Below, in pieces: positions 14,645 through 27,985 of a stretch of DNA of 64,000 bases. The notes below the pieces were generated by a model, which was not told the origin of the DNA, did not search any database, and was given only the letters and a program-made list of their open reading frames with translations. Location of the stretch: the NCBI GenBank assembly GCA_964106915.2, contig OZ066923.1; one strand, written 5' to 3'. The first letter of the stretch is position 1, and every line of letters starts with the position of its first letter. Origin of the DNA: Podarcis gaigeae. Lineage: Eukaryota. Made by a program: the position numbers and the translations under genes.

Positions 14645-15108
14645 TATTAGAAATCTAGAATCTTGGCTAGATTGAATGGATGGACTTCTTTACTTTGTAC
14701 AGTATCCAAGTGCTTTTCTGAGCTTATGGTTCCAGCTTCTTCTATTCCCATAAAATGGTGCAAATATTTTGCTGCAGATCAAAGTGTAAAATCTTGTAAA
14801 GGCAGACTTTTTTGCCCAGACTTTCTCTGACCCATGACTGGACCCTTACATTGCCGAATTCTGTATTTATAATGCTATGTTTGCTGTTTTGCTTTTTGTT
14901 TTATTGACATGGTTTTACTATTGTAGTTTTGTATACCACTCAGATTTTGAAATATCCATCAGTTCATAAATGCTTTAAAATTATCTGTAAAATGCATAAT
15001 TTATTTTGGGACAGATTTTTGGGTCCTTTGCATAGAATTCTTGCATTTGAGCTCTGATCTTTACCCATAACGTCTAGCTAACGTTAACTGGTTACATGAT
15101 CTGCAATA

Positions 15109-15334
15109 CAGTGGTACCTTGGGTTACATTCGCTTCAGGTTACAGACTCCGCTAACCCAGAAACAGTACCTCGGGTTAAAAACTTTGCTTCAGAATGAGA
15201 ACAGAAATCGTGCAGTGGCGGCACAGCAGCAGCAGGAGGCCCCGTTAGCTAAAGTGGTGCTTCAAGTTAAGAACAGTGTCATGTGAAGAACAGACCTCCA
15301 GAATGAATTAAGTTCTTAACCCCAGGTACCACTG
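15109..15334. mobile_element. Tc1/mariner-type MITE
   Basis: TIR CAGTGGTACCT / AGGTACCACTG with TA TSD. Confidence 0.9.
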
Positions 15335-15591
15335 TACAGATAAGTAGGCAAGTCATGTTTATGTAGACCTGAGTTGTGAATTATGTTAACTAAATGGATA
15401 GTCCTTTAAAACAAAAGATCTGGGTATCTCACCTCTTAGACTCAATTCGGCTTGCAAAAAAACTAGAAGAAAAATCAAATGCATTTTTTGACCAGAGTAA
15501 CTAATAAATGATGCCTTTAGCAGTCTGACAGAACAAACTGAGATGCTTAACCTAGTCCCTAGACTTCTAATTTCTCTCCTTTCCTTCATAG

Positions 15592-15729
<138 letters not shown>

Positions 15730-16049
15730 ACCTACACAAGTACACACATCCAGTGGACCTGATGACTGTCTCTATAAAAGTGCAATTCCACTACAATTCT
15801 TGACAATTAATGTCTGTGATCAAATGTTAACTTAGCTTCCCCTTTATTACAGTACTCACTTGCTGACATTAATGAGAGTACTCATTTTTGCATTATCAGG
15901 TTCTGGCTTCCATAGCTGCCTATGTTTGGTGCATTTCAGTTGTCCGATATTGCTTTGCATTTATATTTCCTGATGATTTTTCTGCCCGATCATTTCAGTG
16001 ATTGCAAAAGGATAAAACATTAGAAGATTATTGTTCTTGTGGAAAACAA

Positions 16050-16055
16050 AATAAA
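16050..16055 (+). terminator. Probable ACO2 polyadenylation signal (AATAAA)
   Basis: First canonical AATAAA ~320 nt after the stop, followed by T-rich sequence. Confidence 0.6.
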
Positions 16056-16898
16056 GATTGTGACTGACTCATCTAGTTTTCATTTAGTATTCCTACTAGC
16101 ACTCTGCTCAGCTTCGTAGTGGATATAGGCTGTTATATGTGGCTGAGGAGTCCATCAGGAGGCATACTATAAATCTTAGAATGTGGCCTCTATGTAGAAT
16201 CAAGTAGCTTTTGTGGAATCTTCATTTTAGTTAGAATTTTGTTTGTCTTAAAGGTTTTAGTAAATATCTTGATATAGGGCACAGCACCTGTTGCAATATT
16301 GAACCAATACAGTAATAAGATTTCCCAATTCCAGGGGATTTTACTCCCATTTGGCAGGAATTTCCATACCTATCCTTGTTTTACATATCTCTCTGCTCCT
16401 CTTCATGCTTTCTTATTTTGATACTTTCTTCAATATCTGGTTTTAAAAGGAATAAACAATTGTACAATAAAATTGCAACATAATATAGCACACTAGATAA
16501 ACCTGCTATCGGAGTTGTCCCCTGGCTACAACTATTTAAAAAGGGGAATGAATCCCCCTAGGTTAGAAATCTAACATACTTGCTAGACCTCTGCTGGAAC
16601 ACCCATTGGATACTGTAGCATCTTGGATTTGGGATAACTGTAAATTGGGGTGGCTGTAATTTCCCATTGAGAAAATAACAGGTTTGCAAAAAATCCCCAC
16701 TGACAGCTAAGAATGATACCCATCCCAATTTCTTCCTTCAACTGCAGTTAAATGTTTTAAAATGTAATGCAATTTTGAATTACTGCACAGAAAATGACAA
16801 GATTATAAAACCAGTACTGTGTCTAAATCATCTCTGAGGTCCCTCATGACCTGGGTTTAAGCCATCAAAAGCTGATTCATGTACAACAGCAAAAACTC

Positions 16899-17034
16899 AG
16901 GCTTCCTCCAACTCTGCCCTCCAGATGTTTTGAGACTACAATTCCCATCATCCCTGACCACTGGTCATGCTAGCTAGCGATCATGGGGAGTTGTAGGCCA
17001 AAAACATCTGGAGGGCCGAGTTTGAGGTAGCCTG
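16899..17034. mobile_element. hAT-type MITE (CAGG...CCTG, palindromic ACTACAAYTCCCA core)
   Basis: Inverted copy of the family at 46023-46159; related decayed copies near 420, 5500, 34700, 35900, 42010 and 43830. Confidence 0.75.
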
Positions 17035-18040
17035 CTCTAACTGATCCAAAGACTATTCTGGAGTGACCCATGTAGTTGTCATATTCAGAATTGCTCTGTG
17101 GCAGTTACATTAAAATTGGCCAGCTTTCACAATAGCTGCCACAACCTTGCTCCTTCTGTAGCCAAATAGAAATAGTTCCAGGGTGTACGTAGATAACTGG
17201 ATTGCAATTGCAGTGCACATTTCTTGAGTGACTTCCTCAAATTCTCTATACTCCCCTATGATCTGGGAATACTAGTTAGAATGCTATTATGGCTTTCTGA
17301 TATGCAGGACTTACATGCTCCGTGCTTTTGGTCGATCTCACATTCAGTTGTTGCAAAACCACAAAGATTAAGTGCTCAAAATATAATACACACTGGGAAG
17401 CTGCCTAACTACTATATTATTCTTTTCCTGAGTTCTCAGAGGCCTGCGATAATGTGCCCAACTAATGGAGTAGGGATATTCCCCCCCCTACTGCAGCACT
17501 TAAATACAAATTATTCACTGCCATATTAAAAACAAAATGGTGAGCGTGAATGAGTCGATACTCACTTCTAAGAATGGGTTTCCCTGCTTAACTAAAATGA
17601 ACTTGTTCCTTGCTTCATGGATGGAGGATTAGTACCCCTCCAGATATTTACAGGGCTGCACCTCCCATCATTTCTGACAATGAGCAATGATGGCGGGGAC
17701 TGATGGAAACGGCAGTCTAGCAACTGGGGGGGGGGGCACAGGTTCCCCACCTCTACAGCAAGCTTGTCAGTCAGATACACTGCTACTCTTCTGCATCTGG
17801 AACAGGAGAAGAACCCTCCTAGATCTGGCCAAAGGTCCATCTAGTTCAGCATCTGGTTCTCACAGTGGCTAGTCAGATGCCAATGGGAAGTCCACAAGTA
17901 AGATGAGTGCAATGGCATTCTCCCTTGTGATTCCCAGCAACTGGTATTTATGTGGAGTTGATGCACTAGTCCACTGGAGATAAATGTGGTTGGGACATAA
18001 CTTAGTTTTAAATTGATATTCTGCCCTTCATCTGAGGATC

Positions 18041-19082
18041 TTTCTTTGGCGATCACTTGTAGCCGAGTAAGATTGTCTTCCATGAACACATTCTTAACAG
18101 TGAGTCCGCAAGTGACTGTGGAGGCCAGTTCTGGATCCCCATGTCCTTCCACAGTGGGGACATAGGTTTCCAGGTGGGAGTTGATCACAGTGAGGGTTTG
18201 CCAAGTGTGCCTTCCTCTTAGCATATTTCTCCTTTTCACCCTGAGTTTGTGCTTCTTCAAAGTCCACGACACCTTTAGTAAAGGCTATTCTCCAACTGGA
18301 GTGCTCACAGGCTAGTGTTTCCCAGTTATCCGTTCTTACGTTACCTTTTTTTTAGATTTGCCTTGAGAGCCTCTTTAAACCTCTTTTGTTGTCCACTGGT
18401 ATTTTGCTTTCCATTCTAGAGTTGGAAATAGAGTAGTTGCTTTGGAAGATGATAATCAGGCATCCGAACAACAGAACCAGTCAAACAAAGTTGATGTTGA
18501 AGAATCATTGTTTCGACACTGGTAATCTTTGCTTCTTCCAGTACACTGGCATTAGTTCGCCTGTCTTCCCAAGTGATATGTAATTTTTTTCAGATACACC
18601 GTAGATGGAATCTTTCAAGGAGTTGGAGATGGTGTTTATAAGTGGTCCATGTTTCACAACATACAGTAAGTTTGTTAGTATAATAGTTTTGTAAACAACC
18701 ATTTTGGTTTCCCTGCGAATGTCCCGGTCCTCAAACACTCTGCACTTCAATCGGAAGAAAGCTACACTCGCAGAGCTCAGCCGTTGTGGAAAGATAACTG
18801 CCCAGATAGGAGAAGTGATCACTTTCCAATGTTACACCACTGGGTTGGATTTGTGGCACTGCAGAGGGGTGGTTTTGTGCTTGTTGATGCAGCACTTTGG
18901 TTTTGTGGATACTGAGCGAAAGGCCAAGTTTTCTGTAAGCTTCTGTGAAGACATTTAGGATGGTTTGAAAGTCATCCTCTGAATGTGCAGACATTATGTT
19001 GTCATCAACATACTGAAGCTCTATGATGGAAGTTTTGGTAACCCTACTCTTTGCTTTTAGCCTTCTCAGATTAAAGAGCTTT
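18041..19082 (-). mobile_element. RTE-clade LINE, 5'-truncated and decayed RT-containing fragment
   Basis: Minus-strand frames give ELQYVDDN (YADD motif), EDDFQTILNVFTEAYRKLGLSLSIHKTKVL, ETKMVVYKTIIL and RFKEALKANLK, with frameshifts and stops. Confidence 0.9.
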
Positions 19083-19094
19083 ATGTTTGATGAT

Positions 19095-19570
19095 CACAGG
19101 GCAGTTAACACTATAAAAACACAAAAATTCATAACATAATAACAGAACAGTAAATCCCACGCCCAGTTTAAAAGGCCATCGTTCGTTTAATTAGCCAAAG
19201 GCCTAGGAGAAGAGGAATATTTTTGCCTGGCACCTAAAAATATGGAAAGGACAGCATTCTACAAATGGAGAGCAATCACAGAAAATACCCATTCTTGTGT
19301 TTCTATCCTCTGAGTTTGAATCTCACATGGAGGGGGCACACAAAAATGGGCTCAGATAATGATCACAGTGTCTGGGTTTGTTCATATGGAGAGAGGTGGT
19401 CCTTGAGGCATTGCAGTCCTGAGCTGCTGAATGCTTTATAGGTCAAAACCAGCACTTTGAATTGGGCCCAGAAACAAGCTGGCAGGCAGTGCAGTCAGGA
19501 GAATATTGTGTTATATGCTCAAACTATTTTGTTCTGGTGAGCATCCTGGCTGCTGAATTTTGCACCTGGT
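19095..19570 (-). mobile_element. L2-like LINE 3' fragment
   Basis: Reverse complement contains VQNSAARML / LHCLP...QFKVLVLTYKA-like L2 motifs. Confidence 0.65.
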
Positions 19571-21580
19571 TGTTTTGTTCAGAACTGATATTCAGTCTCT
19601 GAGTAGGATTTCCAGGTGCCTTCAGAATTTTTTGTGACCTTGCACTGCCATTATTCATGCTGCATGTGCAGAAACGCCAAATGTACACTCAGGTGCTATA
19701 AAGTCACTAATGTTGCTGTTCTCACTTCAGGTCAGCAGAATTGTAGTCTTCTAATGTTGCAGTAGCAATCTTGCCCATAGAGCTGGTGCAAGAGCCTCAT
19801 ATTGTACTTCATTCTAGTCTTGTATATATTTGAATTGAAAAAGGGTGACACCATTTCCTGGATTTGCCACTGGAGAGTAGGAAACAGCATGGCTACATAT
19901 TCTAGGCTTTCTGTACATAAATGCAGCACCCAAAGAGGGATAGATAAGGCTTTTTTGACAGAAAGATTGGAATGATTGCTGCCTAATACAGGAAGCAGTC
20001 ATGGTTATATAAATTCCTCCATTATATCCAGCTCTCGTGGATAGTCTGGATTTCTGAAGTTCTCCAGTCTTATTTAGATGTGTGACTGTGCCCTTCCAGT
20101 ATATTTCAATGGAACTTTGTCTGTTTTGCACAGCAGAATATAGCCCACCCACCTCACCAAACTGAAAACAATAGCAGCCATTTTCTTTCTCAGGAACATA
20201 GCAAAGGATTAAGGAAGGGCAGCTGAATTGATTCCTGTTGCGCTGTAACCATTCCAACCTTCTTGCAAACTGCAATCTGGAGACCATTTGGACAGCACAA
20301 GGCCCATTCATTTGGTCAGGACTTGTGCCAATAGCACTTTCATGTGGCTGCCTGTTTGTACAACACAGTTCCAGACCAGACCAAAGGGAGATTGACAGCA
20401 TTATGAAGAAGGGCCGAATCTCTCTTCCTGTCACAGCTTTCTTTATTGGCATTTCCAAGACTAAATAATCAGATTGTTGCTTTTCCAGACTGCTAATCCA
20501 GTGTGTCAGAAGTGCCTCCATCTACTTTACATGCTATGGTAGAAATGGTGCCTGCAATACTGGATAAAATGGCTGCTTGCTTTCATACTCCATGTTCCTC
20601 TTCTCACAAAATGCTTCTCAGGTTCTACATGAAGAAAACAGAATGCACCTCAAGTGGCACCAGGAAGGAATCTTCCCCAAACTTGGTATTATCTGAAGGG
20701 TCCAGCTTGAAAAAATTGGAGGAGAGATTACTTGTTTGGGGGAAAAATGCATTTTTGCATTCCAAAAGAAGATAAACTGACAGATTTAAAGTCAGGTATC
20801 ATGAACATTCCAGTTTCTCTGTCTGAAAAAACAATAAAGAACATTACCCCAAAAAAGTTAATTGTGTATTCTGACTGAACATAGAATTGACATAAGATAA
20901 TACCCCCATGCTGTATAATTGATGTACTGTATTTTGTAATTAACGTTATATATACTGTTTATGGAAGGAAACCTTTCAAGAGCAAAACACACACACTCAT
21001 GCTTTTTAGCTTCCTAGGGGGCCTCCAAAGGAATTCGCAATCATACCCACCTCTGCATATTTCTCAGGAATATTTCCATTGATACTTTCTTGTTCCCTTC
21101 AAAACCCCTCTTCCAAAACATAATAGCCCCTTGTTCATGTCCATGGTCCTTTATTCTCCCCTTTCACCCATCCTCATTATTTCCGCTGTCCTTTAATCAT
21201 TCTCTTCAGGGCATCTCCTGCCTCTCTTCCCCTCCACCTCCACCCCCACCTTGTCCAGGTTAAATATCCCCCTCAGGATATCCTTTCCCCAAACTCCATT
21301 TGGCATGTCATCCCTCCCTCACATTTCCCTCAGAACTTCCTCACCAATTCTCATTCTCTTTTTCAGTCCCTCCCCAGTCATCACCCCCAATACCCCCTTT
21401 ATTGTATCCCATTATTCTTCTCAGGATCCCCTTTTCCAGGTCCTGACCTCCTTGTTCTCCCTGTTATTTCCCTCAGGAGATTCAAGACCCCTTTCTTTTC
21501 TTTCAGGTTCCCTTTTGCCCCCATCAATTTAGCCACTCCCTTTATTATTTTCTTGCAAGAGACATTCACTTGCACTTTAC

Positions 21581-21636
21581 CCTTCCTTCCTTCCTTCCTT
21601 CCTTCCTTCCTTCCTTCCTTCCTTCCTTCCTTCCTT
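21581..21636. repeat. (CCTT)n microsatellite
   Basis: About 14 perfect CCTT units. Confidence 0.95.
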
Positions 21637-23913
21637 CTCTCCTCGCCTTGCTTCAAATGGGTACTTTTGTTGCCCTGTTTGATCTCCCCTGCCTGTCCCT
21701 CTACTGCCCATTTTTTACTTAACAAATTCTAAATAAGCTTTCCCTGTTAAAAGGATTTATGGCTGGTTGCCTGCTCTTCATGCTGGGCCATAGAACTATA
21801 ATGGTGAGAACATGCTGTTATAAATTTATTGGTGTCCCCCTTCCCACATCCTGGTTTTAAAAGAGGAAGCAGCTACATTAAAAATAAATAAAAATCCAGC
21901 ACTCTTGAGCTGCTCAGATGATACAGCTTGACTGACTAGCTATCTCAGGGATCCTGGATGATGTCAGCTCCAGAGGGACATCAAAACTGAGATAAATCAT
22001 TTTGGTATAAAATGCATGTTACCAAATATTTCTTGTGATACAGCAGGGAGTCTGAAAATATGAAAGACTGCCCAAGACTCTAGGGAAGTATTGTCAGTCA
22101 GACTAAGCAGTACTTGGCCATATGGACCAATAGTCTGACTCAGTATCAGGTTTATAAAGTCCATTAAGGAATTATTTCTGCTAACAAGGGATCCTAGAGT
22201 CAGTTAAATGTATCACAGTGATTTTGCTCAATTTTATTTACAGAAGCCTCACAAAGAGATTGCCAGTGACTGCAAATTCTGAGATTTCCTATTACCTTGG
22301 GTTAGGAAGCAAAATCCCAAAGCTATTAAGAAAAAAAAAGCCTCAAGCCTGTCTAAAATCAGTAGCTGAGCCACTCAACTCCCAAAAATGGTTCCACTCT
22401 ACCATAATGGCTCAGTATAGCAGTAAACACATTCCAAACACATTAAATTAATCATTAATTCTACACACGCTCTCTTGTTTTGTATTTATTTACATTGGGA
22501 ACTTGCTTTCACCTTTCTACAATGCCTAATTGTATTGGGCAGTTTTACAAACATTTCACAATAATGATGGTCATTATAATAACAACAATCAGGGTAACGC
22601 ATGGGAATTAAGTCTTTGTTCTCTGGTTCCTAAATTTGACTAACAAAATGGCTTCCCTTCGGGATCCACTCTGTTGGTTCCCCTCATACAATGTGCTGTG
22701 CTGTTCTCTACACTCACAACTAGCCGTCTAGAGACCTTCGGCTTCTGTGACTGGCCATGGCTGTCTCAAAAGCACCCGTCTCCTTTCTCAAAATTAAATT
22801 ATTTATCATTAATTCCTTTCAGACTGAAGCTTTTTATCTCACCAAGCAGAATCTCCTTCAGCAAGGGTGAAATGCAGTGTACCAGAAAAGCACTCAAAAG
22901 GAACAACAACTATCAGCATCATACTTGGAAAAGTCCCATCTCCCTCCCACAATTACATTTCTAAAAAACAAAATAAATCAAAGAATGCAGCAATCCCATT
23001 AACAGCATTCTCCAGAAAACTGCATACTGCGTCATCAGCTCCCAAAATGAATATTTCTGTTTGAAATCACTGTGACAGATTTTCGCATGACTGGAACACA
23101 TAAGTATATAAGTTTATGGCTTTGCAGAGGTGGGGGTTAGAAATCTGCGTGGCTCTGATCACCTGGGACATGCATGACCCATTGTGTTGCAGAATCTGGC
23201 AGCTGGACTAGGATCCAAAGAAACAGAATTTATCAGCAAAGTTTCTCTTGTTTGCACAGCTGATTATGCAAAACATAAAAGCATCCAGTTCTAAGCAGCT
23301 GAGTGGTGGTGGTGGTTGTTTTTTAAAAAAAACATTCTGCAAGCTGGACAGACCAGAAATAGATTTCTTTTTATCTATAATCAGAGCAGATAGGACAGCG
23401 TTAGGAAAACTACAGGGGAAATGAAGATTGAGTGCAAACAGCATCACTTGATTATTGTCTCGGTTAAATGTTAGATGTGTATATTTTAAAAAATAAACAC
23501 ATCAAATATATGCAAAGGAAATACATGCCTTATTTACAATATTTATATTCCATCCCCATGGAACTGACACAGTTAGAGGCTCCACAAAATATTTGTTCTG
23601 CAGTTGTAGAAAAACCAGTCTTTCAGTTTGGCAGCTCCCACACTTTGAAGCTCCCTGCCTATCAACATCAGGTAAGTGCCTTTGAAGGGCTCTTTTTGAT
23701 ACCTGCTAAAAACAATTTTCTTAGGGGTACTCTCATTTTCCTACTCATATTGAAATACAGTCCCTCAATGAGGCCAAACTCAGATTCACAAAATGGTTAG
23801 GGGTATGCGTACCCGTGCGTACCCCCAGAAAAAAATCACTGCATAAATATATTTTAAAATACCTGTTTTCAGCATTGTCTTTTATTGTTTATTATTATTA
23901 TTAGGTTATATTT

Positions 23914-24103
23914 TAGGGCTGCCATATGTCCAGGAATCGCTCAGAAAAATGGCATCCGGGTGGAAAACCTGGATGTATGGCAAGTTGGGCTATTTTTATA
24001 AAGAATTTCTTCAAAAATCTAAGAAAAGCACCAACATTTGACCCCGCCCCCCCCCCCCCGAAAAGCTCAACAACTCTTCACTTTGGGGAATATGGCAGCC
24101 CTA
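23914..24103. mobile_element. hAT-type MITE
   Basis: TIR TAGGGCTGCCATA / TATGGCAGCCCTA; TATATTT direct repeat on both flanks. Confidence 0.8.
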
Positions 24104-24269
24104 TATATTTACAACCAAGTGGTATATAAATGTTCTTAAATAAATCAAAGATTTCCCCCCAAAAGCCCAGATCTGTTTACAAAGGGTTCTCAGGGTAGTT
24201 TCCTTTCAGATACCAGCCAAGCCTAGGCCTGTTTAGCTTCAGATCACACCACTGTCTCCTGGACAGAAA

Positions 24270-24930
24270 TAGTCTGGCCAGTTATTCATGCTCTAGTAGT
24301 GTCCCATTTAGATAGCATTAATGCATTTTGCATTAGGCTGCCTTTGAAAACTGTTTAGGAAATTCAGTTGGCACAAAACACAGCAGCTAGCCTAGAGTAC
24401 AGGCTACGACTGGGTATTTGGAACACATCTTGCCAGTTTTAAAGCAACTGTACTGGCTCCCAATCTATTTCCAAGTACAGATCAAAATGCTAATTTTGAC
24501 CTTTAAAGCCCTATGTAACTTAGTGACGGTGTGCACACCCTGGACTGCTTACTCCCAGATGACTGTCTAGAACCTGAGGTCATTTTCACAGGAAGTTTTT
24601 TGGAACTGCTTACCTTTAGAGGTAAGCTGACGGATGGAGACCCAAGAGATAAAGCATTTCGCTGGCAGCACCTGCCTCTGGAAGTTTTGTGTGGTGCCAA
24701 ACCTGGTGCTCTTTTGGCGCCAGGTTAACACTTTTTTATTTGCTCAGGGCTTTTATATGTCTTTCTAAAATCTCTGCTTAGCTCTGGATTTATCTTGTTT
24801 TAACATCAGTTTTGTTGTTCTGATGTTTTTAATTTTGTTATAGCATTTCTATTTTTATCTGAACTGTTTTAATTATTGTTTTCACCGTTAGTCGCTCTAG
24901 GGATCCTAAGGGGTTGCAAAACGGGCTAAA
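24270..24930 (+). mobile_element. L2-like LINE 3' fragment (decayed)
   Basis: GLPLKTV..IQLAQNTAA / KQLYWLPI / LTFKAL motifs. Confidence 0.65.
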
Positions 24931-25959
24931 AATGTTCCAGACAAACCAATGAACAAGACCTTAGGAATTTTCTGGGGTAAACAAAAATACATGTAGGCAT
25001 TATTGAATTTTTAATGTGGTGCTATGTATGTCCTTTTATTTCTGAAAAGTAGCATTTATATCTGCAATTATGTACCTAATCATTTTGCACAAACTAGATT
25101 TAGCTCTGGAGTAGATTTGAACCCAGTTCACAAAGAAGCCGTGGTTAGGTTTATTTGGCTCTTTATTTATTTAGTACTTATTCTGACTCAGAAAAGCATG
25201 TTATTTGGACAGATCCCTGTGGCATATGCCTATGCCCACCATGAAATAAACACCAGCATTTAATATTGCAGAAATATGCCACCTTATTAATGACACCTGG
25301 GAAGGATTTGAGCTCCCCATGACTGGCATTTGTTTCTCATTGACTATGCATCAAATGTAGGAGTGAAGAAGGAGAGGGGGCAGCTGTTCAGCCATACAAA
25401 AGAAGGAATGGGCTGATTCTCTTTGGTAGAGGATTCACCCACTGGGTCTAAAACAGCATCTCCCCCACCTTCAATGGAGAACATTTGCATTCAGGTCTCA
25501 GCTCCAGTCCCTTGTGATGTGAACTTCCTGGCATCAGGACCAGCCTTCCTTTGTGTATGTGGTGCCTAGCAATCTCCCCTAATTGAAGCTTCTGTGAGAA
25601 ATTGCAATAACAGATGCAAACAAAACACACTGCTGAGGGCAAGCAATTGTGAGGGTGTACTGCCAAACGGAAGCCTCAGAGATTTGCTCCACACAGGATA
25701 TGGCTTGTCTTTGAGAACAAAGTCACAGAGATGCATCAGGGGTGCCAGGTTGCAACCTAGAGAACCTGTCTGTTGGCTTAAAATTTCCCATGGAGTGAGA
25801 GGAGAGACTGTCTCTCTGAAGGGCCACAGCTCAGTTTGATATTTTGCATGTAGAAGGTTCCAAGTTCACTGCTATCTAAAGTTTGAAAAAATCATTATGG
25901 AAAGACTTCTGACTGGAACCCTGGGGAACTGCCATATCAGAGGAGACAATACTAGATGG

Positions 25960-26415
25960 CAGGGGCGTGGCAAGGGGGGTGCGGTAGGTGCTGCCTGCCC
26001 CAGGTGTCCCCACTGCTTGGGGTGCTAAAATGGCAGGCAGCACTCACTGCGGGGCCTGCAGCATGCCCAAAACATGAGTCTCTCCTGGGAGTGACGTGGT
26101 GGCTTGAGCGCCCACAGCCTCTGCGCTGCCCTGTTTGCCTGTTGCCTCCCCCTCAGCTGTAGGGTGGCTGAGTGGGAGGAGGCAGGCAAACTCCTTAGAG
26201 CAGCCTTTCTCAACATTTGGGTCCCCAGATGTTGTTTAACTACAACTCCCATCACCCCTAGCTAGCAAGGCCAGAGCTCAGGGATGATGGGAGTTGTAGT
26301 CCAGCAACATCTGGGGACCCACAGGTTGAGAATCGCTGCCTTAGAGGCCCTGCGGTGCCCCTGCGGGTGGCTCGCCCTGCACCCCCAGGTGCCCAATCGG
26401 CTTGCTCCGCTGCTG
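25960..26415. mobile_element. hAT-type MITE with 8-bp TSD CTAGATGG
   Basis: TSD at 25952-25959 and 26416-26423; ends CAGGGGCGTGGCAAG / CTTGCTCCGCTGCTG. Confidence 0.85.
26201..26338. mobile_element. hAT-type MITE with 8-bp TSD CCTTAGAG (nested)
   Basis: TSD at 26193-26200 and 26339-26346; ends CAGCCTTTCTCAAC / GTTGAGAATCGCTG. Confidence 0.9.
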
Positions 26416-26734
26416 CTAGATGGACCAATATTGTATAAGGTAACATAATCTATTAATTCATCATCTATTAATACATACACAGCCCTGTCATCTGTCTTCT
26501 GTCTGCTTTCATATGCAACATTATGTACCAGGAGTCATGGGGAGACAGATGACAGGACTTTTAGTGCCCATAGCAGACAAATTTAAAGCGCTATATAACC
26601 TTAAGCTCCAAAGGTGGCCTGAGTTGCCCACCCAATGGACATTGCTTCACAGTGAGCCAACAACATCCCTGTTCAGGTGATTTTCCTGAGCATGACTGTC
26701 CAACTCATCTAAGAGATAAGCCTCACTCCAAACA

Positions 26735-27120
26735 TCCCCTTGGGCTTTTTAGTTTAGATAAAAGGCAAGTAAGAGGTGACATGGGAAATGTATAAAATTA
26801 GGCACAGCAAGGAGAAAGTGTATAGATAAAAGGGTTTTCTCCCTCTCGCATAACATGGGACTCATGGACATCCAATGAAGTTCAGTGTTGGAAGATTCAG
26901 AACAGATTTTTTAAAATGCTTCTTCGCACAGAACATAGTTAAACTGTGGACCAGGAGGCAGTGATGGCCATGAAGCTGGATGGCTTTAAATGGGGAATCA
27001 AACAAATCAATGGAGGATAAAGCTATCAGTGGCTACTAGCTATGATGGCTATACTTTGCCTGCATGGCCAGAGGCAGTATCTGTCTGGATGCCAATTGCT
27101 GGAGATCCCAGGAGGGGAGC
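26735..27120 (+). mobile_element. CR1 LINE 3' fragment
   Basis: LGLFSLDKRQVRGDM...YK and GHPMK...GRFRT-like CR1 ORF2 end followed by a CR1-type 3'UTR. Confidence 0.75.
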
Positions 27121-27754
27121 GTTGGTTCAAGAAAAAACATAGGCATATCATAGAATTGAAGAGTTGGAAGGTACCTTAAGGCTCATCTAGTCCAACTCCC
27201 TGCAATTCAGGAACTTTTACTCATATTAGATCCACTAAACTTAAGGGACCTAAGTTATTAATAGCCATTAATCTCCTTGAATAAAAGTTAGTTGAATACA
27301 AGCCTATCCCAGCAATGTAGGATCCCAGACATGACTATTGCAGAGATGAAAAGCAGACTGGACTCCTAAACCTTTAATAATTGTGTAGAAAGAGGGAACC
27401 TCAGCCGGTGTAGTTTGTCATGCAAGGTTGATAGCATGCATGACAGGCAGTTCTGGCTAGGGTGGTCAGGTGCAACAGAGCTCCTGCACCTTTAATTGTT
27501 GCAAAGAAGTGGGGAATTGCAGAAGCTGTAGCTTTCTATGCAAACCACACCTGCTGACATTCCCTCTTCTATGCAACAGTTAAAGGTGCAAGACCCCTGT
27601 GTACTGTTGCATCTGGCCATGCTAGTCTTGGCTGCCCCACTGAGATCAGTGAAAGTTAGAGCCTAGCTTCTATCGGCTCTGCTTCACATCTGCAGCAGCT
27701 CATGCCTCTGTCACACCAGTCTTTGATTAATATATCTGTATGGTGACCAGAGTA

Positions 27755-27985
27755 CAGTGGTACTTCAGGTTAAGTACTTAATTCGTTCCGGAGGTCCGTT
27801 CTTAACCTGAAACTGTTCTTAACCTGAAGCACCACTTTAGCTAATGGGGCCTCCTGCTGCTGCCGCGCTGCCGGAGCCCGATTTCTGAAGCAAAGTTCTT
27901 AACCTGAAGCACTATTTCTGGGTTAGCAGAGTCTGTAACCTGAAGCATATGTAACCTGAAGCGTATGTAACTTGAGGTACCACTG
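27755..27985. mobile_element. Tc1/mariner-type MITE (opposite orientation to 12347/15109)
   Basis: TIRs with TA TSD; internal AACCTGAAGC sub-repeats. Confidence 0.9.

Larger units (their letters stand above)
25820..26440 (+). mobile_element. tRNA-derived SINE (Squam3-like) interrupted by two nested hAT MITEs
   Basis: tRNA-like head gggccacagctcagt...gaaggttccaagttca; the body resumes (agatggaccaat) after the insert. Confidence 0.65.

Noticed and set aside
17841-18994. ORFs of 143, 105 and 87 aa
   Set aside because: Frames of a decayed RTE LINE, not host genes.
27755-27985. Regularly recurring AACCTGAAGC units resembling a repeat-spacer array
   Set aside because: Internal sub-repeats of a TIR/TA-flanked MITE in a vertebrate genome; not CRISPR.
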